Below are positions 45,017 through 56,680 of a DNA stretch of 64,000 nucleotides, piece by piece. Within the stretch, counting starts at the first letter, position 1, and each line of letters begins with the position of its first letter. Both the position numbers and the translations under genes were made by a program. Origin of the DNA: an uncultured Planctomycetota bacterium. GTDB taxonomy: Bacteria; Planctomycetota; Planctomycetia; Isosphaerales; Isosphaeraceae. The stretch is from NCBI GenBank assembly GCA_963845755.1, contig CAWJTV010000005.1:288001-352000 (forward strand), read 5' to 3'. The notes under the pieces were generated by a model, which worked only from the letters and a program-made list of their open reading frames with translations, did no database searches and was not told the DNA's origin.

Positions 45017-46135
45017 ATGGACCAGTCCGAAATCCGAGTGGGCGTCATCGGCTGCGGAGGCTTCGGGCTTTATGCTCTCCAGCAATTCGCCCAGGTGCCC
45101 GGCGTCAAGCTGACCGGCATGGCCGGTACGCACCGTCAGGCCGCCATCGCTGCCGCGAAGCGGTTCGGCATCCCCGATATCGAAGAGATCGACAAACTCC
45201 TGGCTCGCGACGACGTTAACCTGGTCTACATCGCGACGCCACCGTTCCTCCACCATTCCCAGGCCATCGCAGCCCTCGAAGCCGGCAAGCACGTCATTTG
45301 CGAGAAGCCGCTGGCGATGACCCTCGAGCAGGCCGACGCGATCATCGCCGCGGCCCGGAAGCACGACCGATTGGTCGTCGCGAACCTCATGCAGCGGTAT
45401 AACCCCGTCTACGAGGCAGTCGATCACCTGGTTCAATCACAGGTGCTGGGTGAAGTCCTTCACGGCTACTTCGAGAATTATGCTTCCGATGAAAACCTGC
45501 CGCCCGAGCACTGGTTCTGGGACCGTTCCAAGAGCGGCGGGATATTCATCGAGCACGGGGTGCATTTCTTCGACCTCTTCGCCGGCTGGCTGGGCCCTGG
45601 GACCGTCGTCGCCGCACAACGCGGCATCCGGCCAGATTCCTCGCCGCCGATCGAGGAGCACGTGCAATGCACGGTACGCTACCAGCCGGATATCCTCGTG
45701 AACTTCTACCACGGCTTCCATCAGACCGGGCGCATGGACCGCCAGGAGCTGCGACTGGTCTTCGAACGCGGTGATGTCACGCTCTATGACTGGGTCCCGA
45801 CCAGAGCCCAGATCCACGCGATCGCCGACGAAGCCCAGACCCGCACTCTCTGCAAGCTCTTCCCGGACGCGCGGCTCGATGTCTCTGCCTCCTATTCTCC
45901 CAAGGACCGGGCTTGCCAGGGACGCCACAAGACCCTTGACGTCTACCAGATGATCGAAGTCTCTGCCGGCGAGGGGACGAACAAGTCGCACCGCTATGGT
46001 GAGCTCTTGCGAGCCATGATGGCCGACCAGATCGCCTGGATCCGGGACCATTCTCATCGCCGACGAATCAACGACGAAAACGGCCGTGAATCGTTGGCCT
46101 TTGCGATCGAGGCGGATCGGCTGGCACCGGCTTGA
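45017..46135 (+). CDS. Gfo/Idh/MocA oxidoreductase
   Basis: VGVIGCGGFG, ATPP..H, GKHVICEKP, GG...EHGVHFFD. Confidence 0.92.
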   Translation: MDQSEIRVGVIGCGGFGLYALQQFAQVPGVKLTGMAGTHRQAAIAAAKRFGIPDIEEIDKLLARDDVNLVYIATPPFLHHSQAIAALEAGKHVICEKPLAMTLEQADAIIAAARKHDRLVVANLMQRYNPVYEAVDHLVQSQVLGEVLHGYFENYASDENLPPEHWFWDRSKSGGIFIEHGVHFFDLFAGWLGPGTVVAAQRGIRPDSSPPIEEHVQCTVRYQPDILVNFYHGFHQTGRMDRQELRLVFERGDVTLYDWVPTRAQIHAIADEAQTRTLCKLFPDARLDVSASYSPKDRACQGRHKTLDVYQMIEVSAGEGTNKSHRYGELLRAMMADQIAWIRDHSHRRRINDENGRESLAFAIEADRLAPA

Positions 46136-46266
46136 CTTACTCGCGTCGCGGTTCGCCGACCCTGCCTTCATTCGGCCGAATCTCATCGGAAAGCCATTCA
46201 CTCTTCCGGGTAAGTCGAAGCCGTCCGACACATTCTATCGAGTTGAGTTCGACTCCCACCGGCGTC

Positions 46267-47124
46267 TTACTCGAAGACCACGGTGCGGACTCCATCCACC
46301 AGGACGCGATCGTCCAGGTGCCAGCGTACCGCCTGCGCAAGCACGCGGCGCTCGACCTCCCGGCCGATCCTGATCATGTCATCGACCCCATCCCGGTGTG
46401 AGATGTGCGCGACGTCCTGGTTGAGGATCGGCCCGGCATCGAGGTCCGCCGTGACATAGTGGGCCGTGGCCCCAATGATCTTCACGCCACGGGCGTGAGC
46501 CTGGTGATATGGGCTCGCGCCGATGAATGCCGGCAGAAACGAGTGATGAATGTTGATGATCGGACGCGTGTACGCCTCCAGGAGCTCCGGCGATAGGATC
46601 TGCATGTAGCGAGCCAGTACGACCACATCGATCTGATGCTCGTTCAAGAGCGTCAAGACCCGCGCCTCCTGGTCGGCCTTGGCCCCTTTCGTCACGTGTA
46701 AGTGGTGAAAGGGAATGTCGTGCGACAGCACTTTATCGGCCAGATCGGCATGGTTGGAGATCACCAGCGGTATCTCGACTTCCAGCTCGCCGGCCTCCCA
46801 TCGCCAGAGCAGGTCGAGCAGGCAGTGCGCATACTTCGAGACGAGGATGGCCATGCGCCGCGGACGGTCGGTGAAACTCACCCGCCAGTTCATCCCGTGT
46901 TGACGTGCCAGCGGGGCAAACGCGGCGGAAAACTCGTCCCGACCCAGGCCGAATCCAAGGCTCTCGATCTCCATCCTCATGAAGAATTTGCCGTTGGGCG
47001 GCTCGCCCACATACTGATCAGACGCGAGGATGTTCCCCTGATGCAAGGCAATGAAGCTGGAAACCGCCGCGATGATGCCTCGGTGATCAGGACAGTCGAT
47101 CAGCAGGCGGATGTTGTAGCTCAT
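46267..47124 (-). CDS. purU: Formyltetrahydrofolate deformylase
   Basis: CPD..GI, VSK..HCL.DLL, ISNH, LARYMQILS, INIHHSFLPAF.GA, GATAHYVT. Confidence 0.96.
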   Translation of the reverse strand: MSYNIRLLIDCPDHRGIIAAVSSFIALHQGNILASDQYVGEPPNGKFFMRMEIESLGFGLGRDEFSAAFAPLARQHGMNWRVSFTDRPRRMAILVSKYAHCLLDLLWRWEAGELEVEIPLVISNHADLADKVLSHDIPFHHLHVTKGAKADQEARVLTLLNEHQIDVVVLARYMQILSPELLEAYTRPIINIHHSFLPAFIGASPYHQAHARGVKIIGATAHYVTADLDAGPILNQDVAHISHRDGVDDMIRIGREVERRVLAQAVRWHLDDRVLVDGVRTVVFE

Positions 47125-47283
47125 GGAGAGGGCCTCGTTCGAGTCCTGGGTCATTCCCAGGTCCGTTATACACGACCCAGCCGTTCGAAACGTAGCGCAG
47201 CATCGCGGCTCTCGGGTTGGTAGTGAGAGCAAGGCGTCCGAGTCTGCGCGTCGAAGATTCGAGCGTTCCCGGACTGATTCTTC

Positions 47284-49650
47284 TCATTTCTTGGGTTTCT
47301 CCGTTGTATCGGGATGGATGGAGAAGATCCTCAGCTCCGGCATGCCGAACGTGATCCGCTCGCATTCCAGGGTCCGTTCGTCGGTTGTCACACGCAGTTT
47401 TTCCCCTTCACGGACTACCGTTGCTTCTTTGCCATGACCGGAGAGCTTCGCCCGTTCATGGCGGCCATCGAGTTCAAGGACGCCGGTCATCAGCCGTGAG
47501 GCGGTGAGCAAGATGCCGGACGAAATGGTTGGTCCGGCCATGACGCGGACCTGCCCTTGACCGATCTCGGTCCGTTCCAGGCAACCCGGTTGTTTCAGGA
47601 CGATCTTGCCCGTGTCCACAACGACGATGAGGAACCCTCCGAAATCACCCAGGATGGCCGGCTCTGCAATCGTTAAACCTCCCCCGTTCCGAGCGATCCC
47701 TCCGAATCGCAAATCGAGTCCGCGCTCGATCTGGTAATTGAGGCGGATACTGTCGTCGGTGTGACCCTTGATGACGAGGAAATTCTGCATCAGATGAAGG
47801 AAGCCGAGGCCTCCTTGACGCGTCAGGAACGGCAGGTGGAAATGCGGACGGTCCACGGTCTCGAAGGTGCGAACCAACCGGGGCCATTTCTTCGACTCCT
47901 TGTCGCGGAGTCGCTGTAGGTAAGCTTGGTTGACGCCTTCCAGGGCCCTGGCGGGGGTCAGAGTCGAATGCTCAGTTGATTCCGGCAAGGGCTCCCCATC
48001 TTCCATCTCCAGGCCCAGTAGAGTGATGGTCCGGCCGTCGGTCTGAACGGCCGCATCGATTCCCTGCCCGAGGACCCAGCTCTTGAGCCGGTCCGGAAAC
48101 GCCAGGTTGGCCAGGGAGATGGGACGTCCACGGTCAGAGGGTTCCAGCGCGAACGGTGGCGTCATGAAACGCCCCGTGTCAAGATCGACGAACAGCGGCT
48201 CCTCTCGACCTCCGCTCAAGATCCGTTCGAAGGTGACGCCATCGAAATTGGAATGAAGCAAACCGCCGTCGCGAGGGAGCAGCGGCTTGGCGTCAGGCGG
48301 ATGGGCCGCCGCCGCTTTCCCAGGATCACGTTGGGCAAGCTCATTCATGCGCTTCATCACGAACAGCGTGGGGGACGTCCCCCGCGGCGCTGATTTGATG
48401 TCGAAGCCGTGGGGCGGCTCGGGTGGCCGGAGGGCTTTGCCTTTTTGGCCGAGGCAGATCTTCAAGCTGTCTCCATCGAGCTCATAAACCGCGATCGCGA
48501 CCACTCCTCCACGAGGATCATCGGTCTCACTCCAGAGCATCCTCCTGGGTGTTCTTGTCGTGTCCAGGCGATAGCTCATCGCACTCTTGTTGACGTCGAA
48601 GGTGAGCCGATCGGCCGTGATGGTTATGGTGCACTGGCCCGACTTGCGGTAGGCTTTCTCGTCCTCGGACAATTCATGGCTGACCTGCTCGATCACCGTG
48701 ACCATCCAAGTACCCTGGATCGCTTCGGCATCGTTGCGAGGTGGCGTCTTGTCAGCCATCGCGACCATGCCGGCCGGGCTCCCCCCGACCAGGAAGAATG
48801 CACCGACCGACAGGCCGATCAACACGGTGATGGCCACTGCCGTCTTGAGAGAGTTCAATGTCATGGCTCGGAGCGTGACGGAAACAGCCCGGCGGCCATC
48901 GTGGAGACGACTGCGGTCGAGATTCCTTCGCCGGCCGCGAGGTTGAGCGCGGATTGGACGGTCGCGCTCCGCAATGCTTGCGGTACCGCCGCCAACGATC
49001 CACTGGCGTTCAGTGCACCGGTCGCCAGTCCGGCCGGTAAGACGAATCCCCGACGGATCAGCCGGCGCCGGAGCAAGTCACGAGCTCGGGACAGTCGTCC
49101 GTGAACCGTACCGATGGGACAACGCAGTACCTTCGCGGCCTCTTCGTGCGTCAGCCTTTCGAGGTGGCAAAGGATCACCGGCGCGCGGTACCTCTCGGGA
49201 AGCCGGTCGATCTCCTGGTGAAGAATCGGAATCAGGTCCGGCTCGAGACACCCCGCGGGTCTGTCATCTCGTACCCGAGCATGTGAAGCCCGGCGCTCGA
49301 GCCGACGTCTGGTGCTCGGCGTCGACCTTGAACTGGACGGCGATTCGGATCGCGATCTGGTAAAGCCAGCTCGCGAGCGAGCCCTTGACCCAGAGCGATC
49401 GAGGTTTACGGGCGAGCACGAGGAAGGTTGCCTGGAAGGAGTCCTCGGCATCGTGGGAGTTATGGAGTACGCCCCGGCAGGAACCCAGAACCATCGGGCC
49501 ATGCCGCGCCACCAATGCATCGAACGCCGCTTGATCGCGATCGCCCGCGAACCGCTCCAGAAGTTGGGAATCCGACAGCCCGGCGGCCGTCCCCTCGACA
49601 AAGACACGTTCGATTTGCCGCAGGGCAGCCGACTGGAAGAGCTTGAGCAT
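47284..49650 (-). CDS. Planctomycete ECF sigma factor with TM helix and TIGR03067-like C-terminal domain (two apparent indels, near 49310 and 48880)
   Basis: LSDSQLLERF, HGPMV, DAEDSFQATFLVLAR, LPERYRAPVILC, GTVHGRLSRAR; linker then TM, IQGTW and YELDGDSLKIC. Confidence 0.85.
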
Positions 49651-49789
49651 GGAACAGGTCCCTCGGGAATTCGTCGTGTGACTACCCGATATAAAGGGGC
49701 CTCGCGGGGATACGCATACACGTTTTTCTCGAATCCTGTGGCCGAGACCAAGAAGGTCCTCGTTGGCAGAACGCGTCTGGACCTGCCTT

Positions 49790-50060
49790 TGTTCTTCGAT
49801 AAATCCGCAGCAATAGCCTGCTTGATTTCCTCGCCCTGCAGGTCCTTGGCGACGATCCGACCATCGGGGTCGATGAGGAAGACTTGGTCCGGATAGCGCA
49901 CGCCGAAGGCTGTAGCGATCAGGTTGGGCTCGTTCAGGTCGCCGAGATACCGCGGCTCCCAAGTCAGGCCATGGAGGGAAACACACCGCGGCATGACTTC
50001 GGCTGACGCATCCCCGTTCAGTCCGATCATCACAAAACCTTTCCACTCCACACCACTCAT
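49790..50060 (-). pseudogene. C-terminal fragment of a TlpA-like redoxin
   Basis: GFVMIGLNGD...GLTW....FGVRYP...LIDPDGRIVAKDL.GEE; no CxxC-containing N-half upstream. Confidence 0.6.
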
Positions 50061-50325
50061 ACGGTTATCAGTGTCCTCGGTTGTTCCCGGTTTCTTCTCA
50101 CGTTCTATTGGATCCCTCATGTTGATTCAGAGCAGCGTCTCAGTCCCTTCGGACGGTACGACTCCACCACCTCTCTAGTGGTCGGCCGGAAATGTTTGAG
50201 GTTTTTCGTTCACAGTCTTGAAAATTGGGGGGTTTCGGGGGATGATCAACAAGATCGTGTGGCTCGTGCGGCACAACGATTCGAGGGAGTGCCAGCGCGT
50301 ATTCTTCACGGCTCCAGGGTGACCA

Positions 50326-50832
50326 ATGATGAGAATCTTCACAATCTTCGGCGCAATAGCAATCATCAGTGGGTTTACCGGCGCGACCGTGAGCGCTCAA
50401 TCCCAGAGCAAAGGTGTGATCCCCAAGTCTTCAGCAAAGGCTGTTGCGGAGAGCCGCTTCGACAAGAACGCCTTGACCTCCAAGGCTGTGGTGGGGAGTG
50501 GCTTGGCACGTAAACCGCCTCCATCAATTCCGGGCCTGAAGCGCGGGGCGATCAGCTCGCGAAAAGGAACAACTCGGCGAATCCCGCCTCCGCCGGTGCC
50601 CAGAGCCGGCGGGTCAGCGGCCCGCAAGGCAGGATCTGCCACCCCGATGTTCGCAGCGGATCCTACCGGAAGGAAAGATCTGGTGGGTCGGACTGTTGGA
50701 TTCTATCCAACAGTCCGCGGCTCGCTCACGACGCCCGGACAGCATCACTCCGCAGAGAGATCACACAAACTCGGTGAGCTCAAGGAAAACGCGCGTGAAG
50801 CAGAAGTCTCAATAGTCCTCCGATGGATCTGA
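50326..50832 (+). CDS. Hypothetical secreted basic protein
   Basis: Signal-peptide-like N-terminus ending VSA-Q; low-complexity body. Confidence 0.45.
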   Translation: MMRIFTIFGAIAIISGFTGATVSAQSQSKGVIPKSSAKAVAESRFDKNALTSKAVVGSGLARKPPPSIPGLKRGAISSRKGTTRRIPPPPVPRAGGSAARKAGSATPMFAADPTGRKDLVGRTVGFYPTVRGSLTTPGQHHSAERSHKLGELKENAREAEVSIVLRWI

Positions 50833-51060
50833 AACTCGAGGTACCGGCGAGGGATCCGTTGACAAGTCCGTCGCTGCCGTGTTCCGAGGTTACCTTGGTG
50901 GGATTCCGCTGCCAAGCGGCCAGACGCTTCGGCTCAGGGCAATGCCTGGGGACTGTTGTTCATTCAGATTTCTCGTATGTGGGTCGTGGCGCGGCTTTCA
51001 TCCCTCCGAGATGGTGCTCTCGTTGATCGCGAAGGCGCTTTCGATCTACCGCTCGGCGTG

Positions 51061-52236
51061 TCAGAACTGAAGCTTCCCGATCCGCTCCACGGCCTCGACC
51101 AGTCGCCGAGTCTCGACTGTCAAGGTGGCGCGGATGAAGCCGTCCGCTGTCCGGCCGAAACCGATACCCGGTGTGGTCACGACGTTGGCCTCCTCCAGCA
51201 GTCGGGTGCAGAGTTCGGCCGACCGGTAGCCCTCTGGACAAGGGATCCAAACGTAGAACGTGGCCTGGGGCGTGGGCACGTCCCAACCGATCCGGCCCAG
51301 AGCCGACACGAAAGCGTCGCGACGCTCCTTGTACATGGCACGGATGGGTGGGGTGAGCTGGAGATAGTCGTCCAGGGCTGTCGTACCGGCGAATTGGATG
51401 GCCGTGAAAATACCCGAGTCCACATTGGCCTTAACCTGCCCGAGGGCGGCGATGATCGGCGCCCCGCCGATCGCGAAGCCGATGCGCCAACCCGTCATGT
51501 TGAACGTCTTGGAGAGGCTGTGGAACTCGATCGCAAGCTCCTTGGCCCCCAGAACTTCGAGGATGCTGGGAGGAGCCTCTTCGTAATACATCTCGTTGTA
51601 GGCAGCGTCTTGCGCGATCACGAAGTTGTGCATCCGGGCCAGTTGGACGACCCTCTCAAAGAAAGTCCGGTCGGCCGTGCCACCCGTGGGGTTGTTGGGG
51701 TAGTTCAGGAACATGAGCCGGGCCAACGCGAACACATCGGCCGGGATGGCATCGAGTTCGGGGCGGAAGCCCAGCCTTGGCTCCAGGGGCATGCTATATA
51801 CGTCCGCGCCGGCGAACATGCTGCTGGAACGATAGACCGGATAACAGGGGTCGGGAACAAGGCTGATATCGCCCGGGTTGAGCACGGCCAGTGGCAGATG
51901 GGCGATCCCTTCCTTCGAGCCGATCAGGGGCAGGATCTCGGTCTCGGGGTCGAGGTCCAGTCCATAGCGCCGCTTGCAGAAGGCCGCAATCGAACGCCTC
52001 AGTTCGGGAGCACCTTGGTCGAGCGCGTACTGATGGAACGCCGGGTTCTCCGCGTGATGCTGGAGGCTTTTTATGATTGATGTCGGCGTTGGCCGGTCCG
52101 GGTCGCCGACGCCGAGATTGATCACGTCGCGACCGGCGGCGATGGCGGCCTTCTTCTTCCTATCGATTTCCGCGAACAGGTATGGAGGAAGCTTCCTCAG
52201 ACGCTCCGATTTCACAAAAACTTGGTCGTTGGTCAT
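51061..52236 (-). CDS. dapL: LL-diaminopimelate aminotransferase (PLP class I/II)
   Basis: LPPYLFAEID, LGVGDPD, LIGSKEG, NYPNNPTG, EFHSLSKTFNMTGWRIG. Confidence 0.88.
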   Translation of the reverse strand: MTNDQVFVKSERLRKLPPYLFAEIDRKKKAAIAAGRDVINLGVGDPDRPTPTSIIKSLQHHAENPAFHQYALDQGAPELRRSIAAFCKRRYGLDLDPETEILPLIGSKEGIAHLPLAVLNPGDISLVPDPCYPVYRSSSMFAGADVYSMPLEPRLGFRPELDAIPADVFALARLMFLNYPNNPTGGTADRTFFERVVQLARMHNFVIAQDAAYNEMYYEEAPPSILEVLGAKELAIEFHSLSKTFNMTGWRIGFAIGGAPIIAALGQVKANVDSGIFTAIQFAGTTALDDYLQLTPPIRAMYKERRDAFVSALGRIGWDVPTPQATFYVWIPCPEGYRSAELCTRLLEEANVVTTPGIGFGRTADGFIRATLTVETRRLVEAVERIGKLQF

Positions 52237-52397
52237 CCGTCATTAGTCCTTAGTCATGGAAGCGTGGCGCGGAGCCCTGCTGAGTCATCTCGGGATCGAG
52301 GAGCGATCATTCTGTCGTCGGTGGCATGAGGAAGCCGACCAGCCCGGCGCGAGGTTAACCACATCCGTCCGATCGCCATTGACCGATGACCAATCGA

Positions 52398-53139
52398 TCA
52401 AGAGGCCATGGCCTCCTCGGGGATGTTGTCGTTGGCGTAAACGTTCTGAACATCCTCGTTCTCCTCGAGCAGGTCCTTGAGTTTGAGCATCTTCTTGCCG
52501 TTCTCAACGTCGAGGTCGACCGAGGTCGTCGGGATGTAGCTGGTCTCGGCGCTCTCCGCGGGAACGTCGCGCATCTTCCAGCGCCTTGCGGACGGTCTCG
52601 AAGAGTTTCGGGTCGCAAGTGACTTCGTAGAGGCCATCGATCATCTGCACGTCATCGGCGCCGGCCTCGAGGGCGACCTCCATCAGTCGGTCCTCCTCGA
52701 CGTGACTGGCACCGATTACGAATAGCCCTTTGAAGTTGAACAAGTAGCTGACGCAGCCGCTGGCTCCCAGATTCCCGCCGGCCGCCTCGAACAAACGCCG
52801 CAGGTCGCCGGCGGTGCGGTTGCGATTATCGGTCAGGACTTCGCAGAGCACGGCCACGCCCCCGGGGCCATAACCCTCATAGACCACCTCTTCGTAGTTC
52901 TCAGCGCCCAGTTCTCCCGTCGCCTTTTTGATCGACCGTTCGATGTTGTCCTTGGGGACGCTGAACGAGCGTGCCTTGTCGATCGCGTAACGGAGACGCA
53001 TGTTCGCCGCAGGGTCGCCGCCGCCGGTGTGCGCCGCGACGTATATCGCGCGACAGAGCTTCGTGAACAACTTACCCCGCTTGGCGTTGACCAACCCCTT
53101 GCGATGGGCGATGTTGGCTGAGTGGGAATGTCCGGCCAT
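52398..53139 (-). CDS. yebC: YebC/PmpR family protein (apparent indel near 52575)
   Basis: [41 protein letters not shown]. Confidence 0.95.
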
Positions 53140-53310
53140 CTCTTACTTCTCCAGTAGGCAGTGGGCGGTAGGCAGCGTAGACGAGGATACGATCGAGAAT
53201 CCGAACCATTTCGAATGGGACAGCGGGCTGGCAGGGAAACCTACGAACGTCTCCCCCATCGGAGGGGACCAATTCTCCCTGCCTACTGCCTATTGCTTAC
53301 TGCCTACGGA

Positions 53311-55793
53311 TCACGGCGATTGACTCGAAGACGGCTTGGCCGTCGGGTCGAGTTTTCGCAAGGAATCGAGCTTCTTCTTGATCTCGGCCACCCGTTTGTC
53401 GGGCGGGACCGTCTCCTCCGCGGCCTTGATTGCTTTGCGCCAGGACTCTTCGGCCCTGTCGATCTCGTGAAGCTGGAAATACACGTCGCCCAGGTGCTCG
53501 AAGACGGTGGGGTCATCGCCACGCCCGAGCTCTTCCATCTTGGGCTTCATCAACTCCGCGGCTTTGGTAAGGACCTCGAGTGCCTCCCGGACCTTGCCTC
53601 TCTTGAAGAGGACCCAGCCCATGCTGTCAAGATAGGCATAATTCTCGGACTCTGCCTGGAGCGCCCTGCGAATCATCGTTTCGGCCTTCTCGAGGTTCTT
53701 GCCCTGCTCAGCGTAGAGATAGCCCAGGTCGTTGTTAGTCCCCGGCTCGTCGGGGTTGCTCTCGAGGACCAGCTCGAGCTCAGACTCTCCCTTGGCATAA
53801 TTGCCCAGGTTCACGTAGGCCACCGAGAGATAGGACCGGATCTTGGAGAGCTGCTCCTCGTTATCGCTGTAGCGTTTCAGCATGCCTTCCAGGACCTTGA
53901 TGGCCTCGTCGTTGCGATTGAAGCGGCTCAGCATGTGTGCCAGCGTCAATTCGAAGTCCGGGATGTTCGGGTCTTTCCGAGTCAGGTCGCGGAGGATGCG
54001 GACAGTATCGTCCGCCCGGCCGAGATCCGCGAGAACCCAGGCGAGCTGGTACTGGGAGACTTCGTCGTTCGCGTCGAGCTTCATCGCCTCGGTGACGGTC
54101 GCCTTGGCGACGTCGACGCGGCCTGCGCGGCGCTGGTGTCCTGCGAGGATGGCCAGCGAGCGCACCGACTTTTGAGCAGGATATTTCGCCAACATCTTCT
54201 CGACGGTGGCCGCGGCCTCAGCATGCTGACCCATGCGCCCCTGGGTGTCGGCGATTTCCGAGTAGATCAGGGGACTCGGATCCTGTTCCAACTGGATGCG
54301 GTGGATTTTCAGGAGTTTCTCGAGTCGGCGGACCTTACTGGGGGTGGGGCGATTGGCATTGGCGATGGACCGAAGGACGAGGAAGGCGCTCTCTGGCAAG
54401 GTCGGGGGACGAGCCGAGAGGTCTTTGAATCCTGCGTCGAGCATCGCCTCGGAAATCGTGTCATCGGCGGCGGCCGCGTACATCTGCGGCTCAATCACCG
54501 CCTTGGTAACAGGTCGGGCGTAGGCCTCGCAGAACAGCTTTAGCAGTTCATCGGCCTTCTTCCGCTTGAGGAGCGAGGAGGCCAGCGCCCGGTAGTTCTG
54601 TGGCGTCGGTTGAGCGGTCAAGAGAGTTTGGTAGAGGGCATTGGCCTTCTCGTCCAGTCCCGACTCGCGATAGCGATCGGCCAGGACGTATTGGAGCGGA
54701 ATATTCTTGCTATCGCGCGTGCGCAGCCGCTTCGAGCCGGGGCGTGATCTCCTTCTGGCGACCCAGGGCGGTCAGCACCTTCGCCAGCAGCTCGTAGACC
54801 TCCACTTCCTGCGGCTGACGCTTGATGATTCCCTCGACGAAACCAAGGGCCTGATCGGCCTTGTGCAAGCGAACCAGGGTGTCCGCAAGGAGCAGTGCGA
54901 TCCGGGGATTCGTTTCGTCGTAGACTAGTGCGCGCTCAAGAGCTTTGGCCGCCTGCTCGTCCCGACCGGCGGTGATGAATGTTAGCGCAAAACTGAGATA
55001 GCCCCGCGAGGGGTCGTTGCCCAGGACGCGTGTCAGATCCGCGGGAGAGAGACCGTTTGCGGAATTGTCGTCGAGGGCGTCGAGGACCTTGGCGTAGGCA
55101 TCGGCGGCCTTCTCGGGCTGCTTGAGCCGGTCGGCGTACAGTTGACCGAGCTCGAATTCGGCCAGGAGCCGGCCCGGCGAGTGGGCGCCGAGATTGGGGT
55201 TGGCAAGTACCTCCTTCAACAACGATTCCGCTGCACCCGAATTGCTCTTATCCGGCTGCACGTAGTAATCGATGAGCCTTCCGAGCGTTTCCGTATCACC
55301 CGGCTCGATGGCAAGGACTTTACGGCCGTACTCGATGGCCAGGTCAGGTCGGGCCATCGCGCCAATATAAATCCTGCTAAGGCGACGTGCGATAGCGACC
55401 GATTCGGGATCGAGTTTCGATGCCTCCCGGAGCAACACTACCGCGTCGGACCACCGGTGCTGGTCTTCGAGGGCCCGGGCTGCACTATACAGGCGGACTG
55501 CTTCGGACCGACGCCTGTCCTCGACCGTTGCCGGCCTCAGGGGCACAAAGGGACGTGGGGGGTCTTCTCCCGGCTGGTTGAAGAATGCGGATACGCGCCG
55601 ATCGCCAATCCGATGAGCGCCCTCCTCCGGGAACCGACACCCCCGTCTTGCCCGAGTCGGCACCACCGGCGCGATCCGACGGCGGCTGGTCTTGGTCGTC
55701 GCCCATCGTGAACGGCGTACAAACCAGGCCGAGGCAGGTCGCCAACAGCAGGGATGTCAGGGTCACTCGAACCAGTCGAATCGACCCGGCCAT
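53311..55793 (-). CDS. Large exported TPR protein (two apparent indels)
   Basis: Signal-like N-terminus, many TPR helices, NDLGYLYAE, AYLDSMGWVLFK, EHLGDVY. Confidence 0.85.
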
Positions 55794-56122
55794 GTCTCGT
55801 CTCCTCTTCTGAGCCTCATTCGCCTCGCGGCGCAACACTCGTGGCAATCTCTGACCATCGAGATGAAGGCTGCGATTGTTGTCCTCGGCGGGTTGACGTT
55901 CCGTCATCGGTATCGTATGTCATCGTACTCTTAGGCTCGATCTCCCACGAACTTATGGTATCACGCCGCAACAAGGGCTGCCAAGCCCACGTCGTGGGTC
56001 CGTGCTAGACCAACGGCCTCCTGCATGAGGCTGTGTGGTTCGAGCGATCCTATGGTTCCTCAGAATCCCCATGGATCGACAGTCAACGGTCGATTCTCCC
56101 TCAATTCCTCTCCGCCATCCGA

Positions 56123-56182
56123 TTGACAATGACTTCCGTTGCCGTTAAATTGGTCCCTCATTGAGACTGAATCTCAGTTTCA
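56123..56182 (+). promoter_or_regulatory. Sigma70 promoter with Fur-type operator
   Basis: TTGACA (56123-56128), 17-nt spacer, TAAATT (56146-56151); overlapping 7-1-7 repeats TGAGACT-G-AATCTCA (56162-56176) and TGAATCT-C-AGTTTCA (56168-56182). Confidence 0.7.
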
Positions 56183-56680
56183 ACAGACACCTCTACCTGT
56201 TCGGCCCTGGTCCCGTCGGCCCGGATGAACGCGATAGCGCGAGGGAACTTCCGTGCCGAGCACTCCCTGGGACCGGTCCGATGTCATTCCTGCCTGTTCG
56301 CCAAGACCGGCGGCATAAATCCCGTTTTCACAGGCGATTACGACTGGCAATTGGGCAATAGCTCGTGTCCGACCTTGCCCGCTGATGTCGCGTCCGCCGG
56401 AGAGCGCACCTGGTCGATCGTATCGCCCGGAGTGCGGGACCACTCTCCGGCGGCGCGGCGCCCATCCGATACTTGATGAGCGGGCGGCGCCCTCCGAATA
56501 ATCAGCAGGAAGCTCGCGATCCTGATCGTGGGGTTCTGGTTTCCACTCGGTACAATGGAAACGAGAAGACCTGCGGAGCGCAAGGGACTCCGCAAGAACG
56601 GGACCGGCAACTCGAATTCTCAGTGCCGATCCCCGAATCGTGAGGGACTGTCAATACGTCCATTTCGCGGAAAGACCGCC

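Noticed and set aside
56225..56476. 83-aa ORF downstream of the Fur-type box
   Set aside because: No clear SD and no motif; not called as a CDS, though it remains the alternative to the sRNA hypothesis.
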